The notes under the pieces: generated by a model | Databases searched by the model: none | What the model saw: only the letters and a program-made list of their open reading frames with translations | What the model was told of the DNA's origin: nothing | Part shown: positions 30,346 through 40,660 of the stretch, piece after piece | Position numbering within the stretch: position 1 is the stretch's first letter | How the letters are laid out: every line of letters begins with the position of its first letter | Virus record (IMG/VR): IMGVR_UViG_3300027851_000017 | Span: 9,303-73,302 of that record | From: a virus | Length of the DNA: 64,000 bases | Direction: 5' to 3' (one strand) | Position numbers and translations under genes: made by a program

Positions 30346-30898
30346 AAAATCCGTATAATATATTAGACATACCCCACTTTAGCACTCCAGCGTACCTAAG
30401 GTGCTCCTGCGGATGAAACATAGTTTTGAATCTAGTAGCGATGCCTTCTAGTTCCACTATGGCCCCCATTCCAGGGCCCGGCAAAACTTTTAGCACCTTA
30501 TGGCAGGTCAGCTTGGCGCTGACTGCTTTTTTGTACTGGAAAACTTTTCCTGCGCTGTCAATGAACCAGGTAGTAGCCTTTGCTATCTTTATAAGATCGG
30601 CTAAAAAGTATATTGCGCTATTTATCGGGTGAAGTCGCAAGCCGAGTCCTTTCAGGACTAGTCTGCGGCGACTTAGGGAGTTATGTGGGATTGATGTATC
30701 ATCCACTATTCGTATGTTACGCTTCTCTACATTACTCTCAAGGTCGGCGTACTCGGTAAAGTAGTATACTAAGCCGGAAACATTATCTGTCTCCGGCTTG
30801 TTCTCACTTAGCCTGAACACGGGCCAGTTTATCTCCGACAAGTTCATATGTCTTAACCCACTTACCGAAGCTGTAGTCTTGTCCAATTTCTTGGTCAA
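30308..30898 (-). CDS. hypothetical protein (196 aa) overlapping the 3' end of the polymerase gene
   Basis: ORF. Overlaps the pol exon 2 stop region by about 95 nt in another frame; the true start may be at an internal Met. Confidence 0.3.
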   Translation of the reverse strand: MTKKLDKTTASVSGLRHMNLSEINWPVFRLSENKPETDNVSGLVYYFTEYADLESNVEKRNIRIVDDTSIPHNSLSRRRLVLKGLGLRLHPINSAIYFLADLIKIAKATTWFIDSAGKVFQYKKAVSAKLTCHKVLKVLPGPGMGAIVELEGIATRFKTMFHPQEHLRYAGVLKWGMSNILYGFYEEPFKPSRRRV

Positions 30899-31392
30899 CT
30901 CCTACAGGGAACCCTTGAATGTTGCAACCACGATCACGCTGTGTATTGCGGCGTAGGATTTCGCAGTACTCTTCTACCTGCTCATCCTTAACAATTGCCA
31001 CAATCGAGTCGTGTACTAGCATGAAGATTTTAGCGTCTAGGCCCTTAGCAGCAATCTCATCTGCCGTGTCGATAGCTCCAAGCAAGTTCATGTCACTAGC
31101 TAGGGACTGGACTTCCGCGTTAATACCGCTACGCACTTCGTGTGAGGCGATGCCCTTATCAGAGCTAAACACGTTAGGCAGGCGACGCTTGCGACCGAAG
31201 AAGCTATAAGTGAAACCATTAGCTTCAATAAACTTCTTACGCGAAATCAACCACTTCTTCAGCTGACTGAACTTAGTGAAGTAGTCTTTAATGTTATCTT
31301 CAGCTTCTTGCAACGAGTAGTACTCGCCTGTAGCCTTAGTAACAGATTCGGCAACCTTAGCTGGCCCTGAACCGTATAAGATACCGAATGTG
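30804..31392 (-). CDS. DNA polymerase I (family A), 3' portion (exon 2): motif B distal half and motif C
   Basis: Frame is open upstream of the listed start through ...CTFGILYGSGPAKVAESV. Motif C is VHDSIV. Confidence 0.7.
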
Positions 31393-32615
31393 CAGTTATG
31401 TTACGTGTTACACGGTTATGTAACACTCTTTATATTTCTATAAAGCTCGGACTATATCTTATATAAGTTCAATAATATTCTTCAAATCTTTTACTGACTG
31501 TACAAATAAAAAGATTTGACCATTAGATTCTACTAAAATTCGTTTATCCTCTATATTAGAGAAGTAGCCTTTATAGTCTGCCTTAAAGTTTGATACTTCT
31601 AGCCATATAGACCCTATTTTAAAATCACATACCCATTTACGGTCTGTAATGAAATAGTCGCTATACTTTACGTGAAGTAGCGGAGCCTTATGCTCGATAA
31701 CTTTATAACAGTCTAGCTCAAACTGTGACCCAAATGTGATGCCGTTATAGGTAACACGCCTATCAGATGGACGACAATTAGGGCAGGTAGCTCTCAGCTT
31801 ACACTGCGGGTGTGTAATTCCAGTTAATACGGTTGTATACTCGGTATTACAAGCAGTATGTTTTAGCGTAATTATACCGGAGTTAGATGTAGGGATATCT
31901 GACACTATTAAAGCATCTAATCTATCTAGAACTAGCTGGGCTAGTTCTACCTTACGTTTTGCCCACGGCAGGTTGCCGCTTTTACATAGCGGGCAACCTA
32001 GTTTACTACCTTGCATAGAGGTTATACTAGTTTTATGCTTATTACCGCATGACCGGCACTCTAGCTCTACTATATCTCTATTACACTTAAGACTATGTAT
32101 ATCAGATAAGATAATATACCCTAGTCGTTCTGCTTCGATTACTACCCGCTCCGGTGCTGATTTTGGCTTCTTGTAGCTTGAATTTAGTAGTTTAATAAGC
32201 TCGCTACACTGTAGTCCATACTTAGATTTAAGAGTCTGCCTGGATAGTCCTGGCGGATAATCTTCTAAATACGCTACTACGTTTACTGGTATTGGCTTAT
32301 TATTATTTACATAGTAGTGCCTTATGGCCTCTACTACGCTATCAATATTATTGTTCATATATTCCCCCATTTCGAGCGACCTTTCGCCCTACGTCTTTCG
32401 ACTAGTCTCTGGACCTTCCTCCACCTTATAAATAATTATATCACATTGGCGGCATGCCAACAAGACTAAATTTAAGGTGGAGTATTGGCTGCTGATTTCC
32501 CAATTCTCAATATTTTCAAGCATTCAAGCTCGCTATTACTAGCCACTTTGTAGCTATTGAGACTCTAAGGGGGTTCCAGCAATTAGAGGGATTTATAGGC
32601 AACCAGTTTTAGTTA
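31393..32615 (-). mobile_element. about 1.2-kb intervening sequence (putative group I intron with homing-endonuclease ORF) splitting the DNA polymerase gene
   Basis: Pol part 1 stops with TAA right after RQAAKAIN. The frame of part 2 reopens about 1.2 kb downstream at FGILYG. The interval contains a 303-aa endonuclease-like ORF. Confidence 0.55.
31459..32370 (-). CDS. intervening-sequence ORF, zinc-finger endonuclease-like (303 aa)
   Basis: Multiple CxxC pairs (CRSCGNKHK, CPLCKSG, CPNCRP), an N-terminal HTH-like region and a C-terminal nuclease-like block (ITFGSQFELDCY ... DFKIG). Family assignment is uncertain. Confidence 0.45.
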   Translation of the reverse strand: MGEYMNNNIDSVVEAIRHYYVNNNKPIPVNVVAYLEDYPPGLSRQTLKSKYGLQCSELIKLLNSSYKKPKSAPERVVIEAERLGYIILSDIHSLKCNRDIVELECRSCGNKHKTSITSMQGSKLGCPLCKSGNLPWAKRKVELAQLVLDRLDALIVSDIPTSNSGIITLKHTACNTEYTTVLTGITHPQCKLRATCPNCRPSDRRVTYNGITFGSQFELDCYKVIEHKAPLLHVKYSDYFITDRKWVCDFKIGSIWLEVSNFKADYKGYFSNIEDKRILVESNGQIFLFVQSVKDLKNIIELI

Positions 32616-34321
32616 ATCGCCTTCGCTGCTTGACGCAGCTTACTAAACAAAGTCTTAACTTCGTCCACTTCACATGGCAAGTTAAACACCATCTTGGCAA
32701 TCGTGCTGTGCAAGTCACCGCCAGTCTTAAACACTGCTTGCAGATTTTTGTCACCAGAAAGAACCGCAGCGTAATAAACTTCCGCCGTTGTCAAGTCTTG
32801 TGAAACGATCTTGTAACCTGGCGGTGCTACAATGCCGCCCTTGATAATAGGATCGTCTCGCGGAATCTGCTGTGCGTTGAACTTACCACTACTAGACAAG
32901 CGCCCAGACGTGGTGAAGATCATATTGAAGTTAGTACGAATACGCCCGTCACGATCTACCTGAGGCAGAATCTTGGAGATATACGTACTTCTAATCTTCT
33001 CAAGCTGCCGAATAGTTAGCAGTGCCTTAGGCATTGGATGCTCTTCAGCTAGCTCTTTAAGAACTTCAGCATCTGTAGAGATAGCGCCAGTAGCAGTCTT
33101 CTTGCCAGTAGGCTGTAGCCCAATATAATCAAACAGCAGCTTACGCAGCTGTAATGTACTATTAGGGTTAAAAATCTTACCTTCCGCAGCCTCAAAGTCG
33201 TGTACTTCCTTAAACGTGTACAAGTACTCCTTAGCTGCAGTAATCTCGTCCTCTAGATACAGGCTAGAAGCTGCTAGTCGCTCCACACTAATAGGGATAC
33301 CTACTTCCTCCATATCCATAAGGAACAGAGTTCCACGGATCAGTAGGTCACGATACACCTTATTGAACTTAAGGTTATCACGCACAAGTGGCCAGAACTT
33401 CTGGAACAGTGCATACGTTACCGCCGTGTCGATAGACGCGTATTCCGAAATAATATCAAACGGAATAAGGTCGTAGGTGAAATCGTCTTGAAGAACGCCG
33501 TACTTAGCACAGTACTCTTTCTTAAATTCCTCAAGAGGCGAGTCATAATCACCGTAGTCCGTGTACTTAAGGGCTAGGTGCTTTAGACTATGGCTGTCGT
33601 TCTCGTCCAGAACATAATGCAACAGCATTGTATCGTGAACTTTATCACGAGGAAAGTCAATATTAAGATGATACTTAATCATCTTAAAGTCGAACTTCAT
33701 ATTGTGGAATACAGGAGTAAACTCGTTAGAGATTCGCTGTAGTAAGCTAATGCATACATCATCCAAGCAATCTGTTAGGATATACCGACCCTGGCGTTCC
33801 TTATAGGTGAGTGATAGCCCTAGGACATACCCGTCTCGCGGATACAGGGCTGTAGTTTCAGTGTCCCACGCAACAAATTCTTCCGCATTCTCTAGCACTT
33901 CACGAAGGTAACGCTTTGCCTCCTTAAGGTCGTCAATACCAGCAAAATCACCGTGCGTTCCTACAAGTGAAGTACCTTCGTAGATACGCATTAACTTGTC
34001 TGTCGCACGCTTGAAGTCTGGCTTACCTTCAGGCTTAAAGGAAAGCATGGCAGGATTAGGCATACAGACAAACTTGTCATTAACAAGCTGCCCTGCCATA
34101 TTAGTCACAGAAGTTACCCCTGCGAAGTGCTTCGAGGCTTCGGCACCGATAAGAATAACTAAGTCGTACGGTTCAGGATCGAACTCTAGTGTAACATCCT
34201 TCTTTAGCAGCTTAGTAATAGGTACATCACTAAGATGGAAGTGCTCAAACTCAAAAGGGAAGTGATCAGAGTACCGTGTGCGATTCGGGGCTTTATCAAT
34301 TAGTGCTACGCGTTTACTCAT
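32609..34321 (-). CDS. DNA polymerase I (family A), 5' portion (exon 1): 3'-5' exonuclease and polymerase N-terminal domains up to motif B
   Basis: Exo I motif WDTETT, Exo II/III regions and polymerase palm motifs. Ends ...RQAAKAIN*. Confidence 0.8.
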   Translation of the reverse strand: MSKRVALIDKAPNRTRYSDHFPFEFEHFHLSDVPITKLLKKDVTLEFDPEPYDLVILIGAEASKHFAGVTSVTNMAGQLVNDKFVCMPNPAMLSFKPEGKPDFKRATDKLMRIYEGTSLVGTHGDFAGIDDLKEAKRYLREVLENAEEFVAWDTETTALYPRDGYVLGLSLTYKERQGRYILTDCLDDVCISLLQRISNEFTPVFHNMKFDFKMIKYHLNIDFPRDKVHDTMLLHYVLDENDSHSLKHLALKYTDYGDYDSPLEEFKKEYCAKYGVLQDDFTYDLIPFDIISEYASIDTAVTYALFQKFWPLVRDNLKFNKVYRDLLIRGTLFLMDMEEVGIPISVERLAASSLYLEDEITAAKEYLYTFKEVHDFEAAEGKIFNPNSTLQLRKLLFDYIGLQPTGKKTATGAISTDAEVLKELAEEHPMPKALLTIRQLEKIRSTYISKILPQVDRDGRIRTNFNMIFTTSGRLSSSGKFNAQQIPRDDPIIKGGIVAPPGYKIVSQDLTTAEVYYAAVLSGDKNLQAVFKTGGDLHSTIAKMVFNLPCEVDEVKTLFSKLRQAAKAIN

Positions 34322-34565
34322 TTAATGGTATCCTTGGTCTAAATTTTGTATCAGTTGGTTCAGGCTCGGGATCGGTAAAGTCTAACGCCATCACAAACCG
34401 CGGCTCATCTAGTTTAACTAGCGCCTGATATGCGAACTGAAAAGACTCGATACCCAGTAGTATGCGGCCCTTTCGTGCGTGAGGGCACCCGCAGTCACAG
34501 TGCTCCATTGAGGCAATGCTGTGTAGCGCCTCGACAGCTATTCTATACTTTTCTTGTAGTGTCAT
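34314..34565 (-). CDS. hypothetical small Cys-rich protein (83 aa)
   Basis: HCDCGCPH motif. Confidence 0.3.
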   Translation of the reverse strand: MTLQEKYRIAVEALHSIASMEHCDCGCPHARKGRILLGIESFQFAYQALVKLDEPRFVMALDFTDPEPEPTDTKFRPRIPLNE

Positions 34566-35416
34566 TTTGCTGTGTACTCAATCAATCCACGAACTTCTTC
34601 GCTATCTAAGCTGCCTGGGTCGGAGCCTTCTGGCAAGTGAATTATCTCTACTACGAACTCTAGTTCCTCAATTACAGGCTTTAGAGTCTCGGCGGCCTTA
34701 GCTCCGGCCGCATCCCCGTCAAACATAAGGAATACGTGCGTTACCCCTTGCGCTTTAAACGGTAGTAGTTTCTGTTTTGTATCTTTATGTAGTGTATTAG
34801 TGCCGAATGTGCATACTGCATTATACAGTCCCTTATCGTATAGGTTTAGAAAGTCGAAAATACCTTCTACTAGCACGATACTACCAGACTGTACCTCCAG
34901 CCTTGGAGGGAATACAGGCATCTCAGCATTGACAGGAAAGTTCATGTACTTAGGTACAGCGTTACTAAGTACATGTCGCGCTACATATACTCTAGTCTTT
35001 CCAGTAATGTCTTTTATAGGGAAGATAATACGGTCACTTAGCTTTTCTACTTTATGCGTATAAAACGCCTCGAACCGCTTTAGTGTCTTTACGCTAATGC
35101 CGCGGAATGCTCGTAGGTAAGGAGTAGCGCCATCAGGCAGCGGTACCCCTTGCATAGACATAGTAACCTGTGCTAGCTTATCTTTTAGTTTCGCAATCTT
35201 AATAGGTACATGGTTAGTAAACACGCCATAGTACTTAAAGATATTAGTTTTGTAGCCGCATGAGAAGCAGTGAGCTGCCCCAGATAGTCTGTCAATACGA
35301 AAGCTAGGGTTACTATCAATATGCTCTGGATTTAGACACTTAATAAGGTAATCGCGCCCAGATACTTTGTAGGCATGTCCGTGTTTCTGAATTAGCTCTA
35401 GTACCGGGTCGCTCAT
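34562..35416 (-). CDS. DNA primase (DnaG-like zinc-binding + TOPRIM)
   Basis: Zinc finger HCFSCGYK and a TOPRIM-like acidic region (VLVEGIFD, MFDGDAAG). Confidence 0.7.
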   Translation of the reverse strand: MSDPVLELIQKHGHAYKVSGRDYLIKCLNPEHIDSNPSFRIDRLSGAAHCFSCGYKTNIFKYYGVFTNHVPIKIAKLKDKLAQVTMSMQGVPLPDGATPYLRAFRGISVKTLKRFEAFYTHKVEKLSDRIIFPIKDITGKTRVYVARHVLSNAVPKYMNFPVNAEMPVFPPRLEVQSGSIVLVEGIFDFLNLYDKGLYNAVCTFGTNTLHKDTKQKLLPFKAQGVTHVFLMFDGDAAGAKAAETLKPVIEELEFVVEIIHLPEGSDPGSLDSEEVRGLIEYTAK

Positions 35417-35695
35417 ACTTAGTTACCTGTATAGCCGAATAGTTGATGCACTGCGAAGAAAGGAGGCTTCTGCTCAGTAGCGTCCCAATAGCTATTGTAG
35501 CTAAATACTGGAAGCCACTTACCTCTAGTCCACTGCAAGTGCCACGATTTGAATGAAATGTTTAGGAATAGGTTGCTCATACTTTTGTAAATCTAAATCC
35601 TATAAACCATAGGTCTATACGAATAAATGGCGTACCTTCGTGTAAGCCAAAGCCTACACGAAGCATTCTATTAGCGCTATCTAGCTTAATTTTTG

Positions 35696-37090
35696 TTACC
35701 ATGGTGCATCTGTTACTGGTTCTTGAGGGCCGCCTTGCTCAGCCTTAGGGTCGGCTTTCTGCTTACCAGCCTTCTTTACTTTCTCTTTAGGCTCCGGGCG
35801 GTCAATGCTAATAGGACTAATTCTTAAAGAATCCCAGTCCATAGGGCTAGTGAAGCTAAGTTCTTTACCACCACGAATCTTGGTAGTATCGAAACTAATT
35901 GCCTGAGCTTCCTTTTCGTGTGGCTTCATCAGTAATGCAATATCGGCAGCGTCTAGCAAGCCTTTTGCAAAACGTGCTTCGCCGCTAGCATCAATCTGAT
36001 AGGGAGAAACAATTACCACACCGTGCTTACGCGCCAGGTTTTTGAGCTTCTTAGACACCTCGATCTGAGGCTTCCAGTCGTACATATCTGCACCCTCAAT
36101 AACAATCTGGTTAACGTAGTCGACTACTACTAGCCCCAGCTTATCGCCTACCCTTGACTTAATCTTACCAATGTGCAAGTCAATACTGCTAATGCTAAGA
36201 TCACGGTCATCGACGATGATCATTTGATTATCTGGCTTTAGCTTGCATTCTCTAATCAGGGTTTGTTCAAACTTAAAGCGATCTCTGTGCGCCATATAGT
36301 CATCCACTAACCCCTCGCTATCAGCGAACATACCTGCACGGGTCTTAACTAGCTTAAGCACTTCTTCTTCTGTAAGTGCGTTTTTCTTTAAGTTCTGATA
36401 GTTAACCCCTGACAGAATAGCCATATTACGTTGGTTAACTTCTCTAGCAACCATTTCGATAGTAAAGTATATCGAACTAAAACCGGATTCGTACTGGTTA
36501 ACGAATAAGTTGGATGCTGTGATAGATTTGCCGGAACCGCGCTCTCCGCCTACTAAGATCAGCTCTTCACGAGCTACGCCGCCAAGCACTTGATCAAACG
36601 TATTATTAAGCCCTAAGTAGATTCGCTCTTTTTCGATTTCATCTTGATGCTGGAATGTGAACATATCAGCCATCGAGAATACTTTTTCACTAGTATGAGT
36701 CTTTTCTTCGATCTCCATAGCTATACTAGCTAGGTTATCTTTGATCTCATCAGTGTCATACATAGGCAACTTATCGACGAACTTGTCAAGCAGCCTTACC
36801 GTCTCGTTTTGTGTGTACTGGTCAATCAGTGCGTCTAAAGCTACTTCGATGGACACATCAGGTACATCGGTCAACTTTAGAGTAGCTAAGGTTTTGGACG
36901 CCTGGCCCTCTCTTAGCGTTACTTCTAAGTCATCAAAGCTAGGAATACTACCATAAGTTTCGTAGTGCTTATTGATGACAGAATAAATTGATGAGTAGGC
37001 GGCATCCAAATAGACGAGCTTAAGCTTAGCCCATACATCAAGGCTACGCTCAGTCATCAATTTATTTAGGACAATCGCGCTAACATCCAT
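35696..37090 (-). CDS. DnaB-like replicative helicase
   Basis: Walker A GERGSGKS, Walker B IIVDD and a RecA-like core. Confidence 0.75.
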   Translation of the reverse strand: MDVSAIVLNKLMTERSLDVWAKLKLVYLDAAYSSIYSVINKHYETYGSIPSFDDLEVTLREGQASKTLATLKLTDVPDVSIEVALDALIDQYTQNETVRLLDKFVDKLPMYDTDEIKDNLASIAMEIEEKTHTSEKVFSMADMFTFQHQDEIEKERIYLGLNNTFDQVLGGVAREELILVGGERGSGKSITASNLFVNQYESGFSSIYFTIEMVAREVNQRNMAILSGVNYQNLKKNALTEEEVLKLVKTRAGMFADSEGLVDDYMAHRDRFKFEQTLIRECKLKPDNQMIIVDDRDLSISSIDLHIGKIKSRVGDKLGLVVVDYVNQIVIEGADMYDWKPQIEVSKKLKNLARKHGVVIVSPYQIDASGEARFAKGLLDAADIALLMKPHEKEAQAISFDTTKIRGGKELSFTSPMDWDSLRISPISIDRPEPKEKVKKAGKQKADPKAEQGGPQEPVTDAPW

Positions 37091-37091
37091 C

Positions 37092-37391
37092 TTAGCTCAC
37101 TTTAGCTTCGTTTTCGATTATTACTTGGTCTAGAATCTCTAGCAGAGAGGTTTTTACCTTTTCTCGCAACTTACCTACGCTAGCCTGGTAGTTGGCGCCG
37201 CGTTCAAAAAGTAACGAAAATTGCTCATGTGAAATGAGCTGCTGAATGCCGAACGTAATGTAGTCATACGGCAGTGTAGAATCTGGAGCGATCTCTACCT
37301 TTACCATTCGACCATAATTTTGCACAGCGTTCTTAACAACTTCCTCTATCGTTAGAGACTCTGTGTCGGTATATTTTATTGTGACTTCCAC
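37092..37391 (-). CDS. hypothetical protein (99 aa)
   Basis: ORF only. Confidence 0.3.
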   Translation of the reverse strand: MEVTIKYTDTESLTIEEVVKNAVQNYGRMVKVEIAPDSTLPYDYITFGIQQLISHEQFSLLFERGANYQASVGKLREKVKTSLLEILDQVIIENEAKVS

Positions 37392-37400
37392 AGTCGTACC

Positions 37401-37440
37401 CCAAAAGAAAAAGGCCGGGAGCTAGTAGTAACTCCCGGCC
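37401..37440 (-). terminator. rho-independent terminator for the - strand
   Basis: ggccgggag-ctagtagtaa-ctcccggcc hairpin followed, in - sense, by TTTTTCTTTTGG. Confidence 0.65.
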
Positions 37441-37457
37441 TGTGTTAGACGCTTATA

Positions 37458-38210
37458 TTAGGCGTCAACGGCAGCCTTGCCGTCAGCCTTTTGACGCTTC
37501 TGAAGGCCGTCATAATCTGCAACCTTGATGCCACGACGGGTCAACAGGGTACGAATACCGCGCTCAGTCTTGCCAGCAGATGTTGCAATTTCGGCAACAG
37601 TCATAGTGGCAATCTTGTCGCCAAGAGCATCCACAGCATCAATATGCTCCTTAGCAGTAGATGCCTTCTGAGCAGGAATCTTGCTGATCTGCTCACCACG
37701 AGTCAGGCTAAGAGCCTTACCACGTGCGCTAGCCACGGTCTTGCCGAGCACTTCAGCAATTTCTTCGATGAAGGCACCAGCGTTAGCCATCGAAATAAAC
37801 GTAGCTTCCTGTTCGGGAGTATAAGTACGGGCAGCTTCAACCTTCTCGGTAGGGCGAACCAGGCTTGTCAGTTCTAGAGCCAGCAGCTTACCTTGGATTT
37901 GCTTCGAGTTGAACTTACCTTCAGCAAAGTTCTCAGCGATTTCCTTGTACGTAAACGCGTTAGCATTTTCATTCACAAAGTCAGCCAGGTCGTTACCTTC
38001 AGCTTCTGTAAAAGCAGGAACCTTTTCCTTAGCCAGCGAAGCGACTTCGCGATCCAGTTGACGCAGCTTAGCAGCAACAGAACGAGCGCTAACACCAAGA
38101 GCTTCGGCAGCAGCGTTTACGCTAGCTGCGCTAACAGGTGAGGCATCACCAACAGTAGCCAGTAGGGTAGCAACGCTTTCGTCGGTCCACTTTTTTGCTT
38201 TTTCAGTCAT
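37458..38210 (-). CDS. GC-rich Ala-rich protein (250 aa), possible DNA-binding protein
   Basis: ORF is about 57% GC. HTH-like segments. Confidence 0.35.
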   Translation of the reverse strand: MTEKAKKWTDESVATLLATVGDASPVSAASVNAAAEALGVSARSVAAKLRQLDREVASLAKEKVPAFTEAEGNDLADFVNENANAFTYKEIAENFAEGKFNSKQIQGKLLALELTSLVRPTEKVEAARTYTPEQEATFISMANAGAFIEEIAEVLGKTVASARGKALSLTRGEQISKIPAQKASTAKEHIDAVDALGDKIATMTVAEIATSAGKTERGIRTLLTRRGIKVADYDGLQKRQKADGKAAVDA

Positions 38211-38983
38211 GTATTTTCTTTCAAGAATTGGGGTAAATTTGGGATAATTGTAATGCCGAGGGATTCGGCCTTAACACGTTTAGTACTACCTCGATTCTCT
38301 TCGTCGACGAGGTAGCTAGTAGTTTTGGTAACACTTTCAGTTACCTTGAAGCCGGCGGCTGTCAATGCCGCAGTGGCTTCGGCTTTATTTTTATAAGAAG
38401 TCAACTTGCCTGAAATACAGACTGTTTGCGCCGTATCGCTAGTCGTTGATCTTGTAGTATTTGTTTTGAACGAGAATGGCAACCAATCTCGCATTTCTAG
38501 AAACTCTGTATTCAGCCATCCCATCAAATTATCCGTAGCTTTAGCACCTAGACCTGCCTGTTTGCAAGTTTCAGCACTAATCTCGTCAATTGATGTAATG
38601 ACAGTACAGAGCTTTGTAGCTGCCGTATTTCCAATAAGCGGGATACTAAATGCAGCTAGAACTGTGGCCAAATCAGCGTCTCGGGAGAGAGTGATTTGCT
38701 CGTATAACTTTGCAGCAACCGTCTTGCTGCCAAGCCTTAGGGTCAAGGCTTGCTCATCGACCGAGTACAGCTCACACAAATCATCAAGATTGAGCTTTTC
38801 GATAGTTTTAGGGCCTAGACCCTTGATACCTAGTACCTTAGCGAAGTGCTCCAGCTTCTTGCCCAACTGAGCACCGCAGGCAGTGTTCCGGCAGAACAAC
38901 TGGTCGTTGACTCGCTCAAGAGGGTACTGACAGCACGGGCAAGTTGTCGGGATTTTGATTTGCATAGGTGTTTGTCGATTCAA
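38207..38983 (-). CDS. ligB: NAD-dependent DNA ligase, C-terminal subunit (Zn-finger, HhH, BRCT)
   Basis: C4 zinc finger CPCCQYPL...CRNTACGAQ, then HhH and BRCT-like regions. Separate ORF from the adenylation part, as in T5. Confidence 0.75.
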   Translation of the reverse strand: MNRQTPMQIKIPTTCPCCQYPLERVNDQLFCRNTACGAQLGKKLEHFAKVLGIKGLGPKTIEKLNLDDLCELYSVDEQALTLRLGSKTVAAKLYEQITLSRDADLATVLAAFSIPLIGNTAATKLCTVITSIDEISAETCKQAGLGAKATDNLMGWLNTEFLEMRDWLPFSFKTNTTRSTTSDTAQTVCISGKLTSYKNKAEATAALTAAGFKVTESVTKTTSYLVDEENRGSTKRVKAESLGITIIPNLPQFLKENT

Positions 38984-39039
38984 TATGTATATTATACCTT
39001 AACGGAGCATGTGGGACAAGACAAAATTTTCAGAGCTTG

Positions 39040-39993
39040 TCATTCTACTTTATGTAGAATACATGGGATAACACTACCAGCCCGAATAACTGCTACACGA
39101 TCTCCAATCGCCAGCCCGAGGGCTTCGATGAAGGCAGGGTTATTTAGCGTTGCTCGTGTAACTACTGCATCTTCGATCACAACAGGCTCTAGGATAGCTA
39201 CTGGAGTGACCTTGCCGCTCTTACCTACCTGCCATTCAACGTCTAGCAAAGTAGTCTCTACGTGTGCTCCACGAACTTTCAAAGCATACGCACCTTGCGG
39301 GTGCTTTGAAGTGTATCCCATCTCCTCGAATAGCTCGTTATCGTTTACACGATACACCATGCCATCGCTAGGATAGACCTTTTCAAGGTCAAGCTCCTTG
39401 ACAGTAGTGAAGCCTAGCCGTGACAGAGCACGCATATCACCGTCGTACGTAGCTGTCAGGTACGGGTAGCAACCATATGCAACGAAGCTAAGAGCGCGGG
39501 TGTTGAACTCGTCGTCGTTCTTTAGATTTAGAGCGCCTGCTGCATAGTTACGAGCATTTTCGATATGCTTAGGAGCTACGACTTCACCAGTAACTTGCAA
39601 AATGCCTGCTACCGGAACGCTCTTAACTACTAGACTGTTTGAGCTTAGGATTTTGTCAGTAATGTCCTGACCTTCAATGCCGTCGCCACGGGTAAGGGCT
39701 TGTACCAATGTACCCTCAATGTACAACAGGCTAATCGCAGCACCGTCTAGTTTGATACTAGGACTAACATCCTTTACGTCAGCCAGTGGACGCTTCATGC
39801 CTTCGTCTTCGTAGAACTTCTGAAGACTGTACATGGGCTTGTAGTGCATACCTTTAGGGCCGCTAACTCCGGCACCAACTGTCTGGTAGTTCGCAATATC
39901 AGCAAGGGCATCAAACTGCTCATCGCTGATAATTGGGGAGCCTGCGTAGTACGCTCGACTTGCTGTATTAAGAAATTGCTCAACTTTGTTCAT
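39040..39993 (-). CDS. ligA: NAD-dependent DNA ligase, N-terminal subunit (Ia + adenylation domain)
   Basis: Ia-domain ISDEQFDAL and adenylation motif KLDG. Confidence 0.8.
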   Translation of the reverse strand: MNKVEQFLNTASRAYYAGSPIISDEQFDALADIANYQTVGAGVSGPKGMHYKPMYSLQKFYEDEGMKRPLADVKDVSPSIKLDGAAISLLYIEGTLVQALTRGDGIEGQDITDKILSSNSLVVKSVPVAGILQVTGEVVAPKHIENARNYAAGALNLKNDDEFNTRALSFVAYGCYPYLTATYDGDMRALSRLGFTTVKELDLEKVYPSDGMVYRVNDNELFEEMGYTSKHPQGAYALKVRGAHVETTLLDVEWQVGKSGKVTPVAILEPVVIEDAVVTRATLNNPAFIEALGLAIGDRVAVIRAGSVIPCILHKVE

Positions 39994-40171
39994 AGATATT
40001 ATTATAGCAAATTAGGATAACAAAGACAAGACAATAATTACCAAGGTGTCTGCATACGAAATCGAAACGTCTTAACTTGGTACCAGCTACCCCATTTGGA
40101 GTAAAAAATCCAGTCCCGCACAGTAGTCCAGTCAGCCATAATATCTCCAATTGAGCAATAATTATACAGTA

Positions 40172-40654
40172 TTAAGCTGCAAGGATCAACTCCAAAGTTT
40201 TGATGGTGTTAGGCTGGCTGTAATGCACAATACCAACACCTCCAGCCCCACACCAATCAATGATGTTGCGCGCAGAGTCGTCAATCAAGATAGAATCAGT
40301 ACCGTTAGCATAAGCACTCTTCTCGCTCCAGTGACTTACACAAATAACACGTTTTGAAGTATGTAAGACACGCTGTACCCAGTATTTTTTGTCCTCAGCA
40401 GCTGTACGTAGTTCTTCAGTAAGTAGCGGTAAGGCTGTTAGAAACGTAATTTCATGGCCGCTCTTATTAGCCATAAATTTAATGCGGTTAAACATTTCTA
40501 CAGCATACTCAGTAGGCTGTAGAGTAGCAAAGAAGTTTGGAATCTTCTCTGCTACAGCCCACGCAGCCCTAGGGTCAGCATGGTAATCTAGACCTAGACT
40601 TTCCAGCTTACCAAAGAAATCTGCAAAAACACCGTCAAGGTCTAGATAGATCAT
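40172..40654 (-). CDS. dmp: HAD-family 5'-nucleotidase (T5 dmp-like deoxyribonucleotidase)
   Basis: HAD motif I IYLDLDGV and downstream HAD motifs. Confidence 0.65.
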   Translation of the reverse strand: MIYLDLDGVFADFFGKLESLGLDYHADPRAAWAVAEKIPNFFATLQPTEYAVEMFNRIKFMANKSGHEITFLTALPLLTEELRTAAEDKKYWVQRVLHTSKRVICVSHWSEKSAYANGTDSILIDDSARNIIDWCGAGGVGIVHYSQPNTIKTLELILAA

Positions 40655-40660
40655 ATAAGT

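Noticed and set aside
30308-30898. GIY-YIG endonuclease assignment for the 196-aa ORF downstream of the polymerase
   Set aside because: GLVYYFTEY only loosely resembles the GIY motif and no YIG/Arg/Glu/Asn catalytic pattern follows. It is kept as hypothetical.
32609-32615. Possibility that the DNA polymerase interruption is an intein
   Set aside because: An in-frame TAA follows ...KAIN directly. The intervening ORF is in a different register with its own start. An intein would require continuous in-frame translation.
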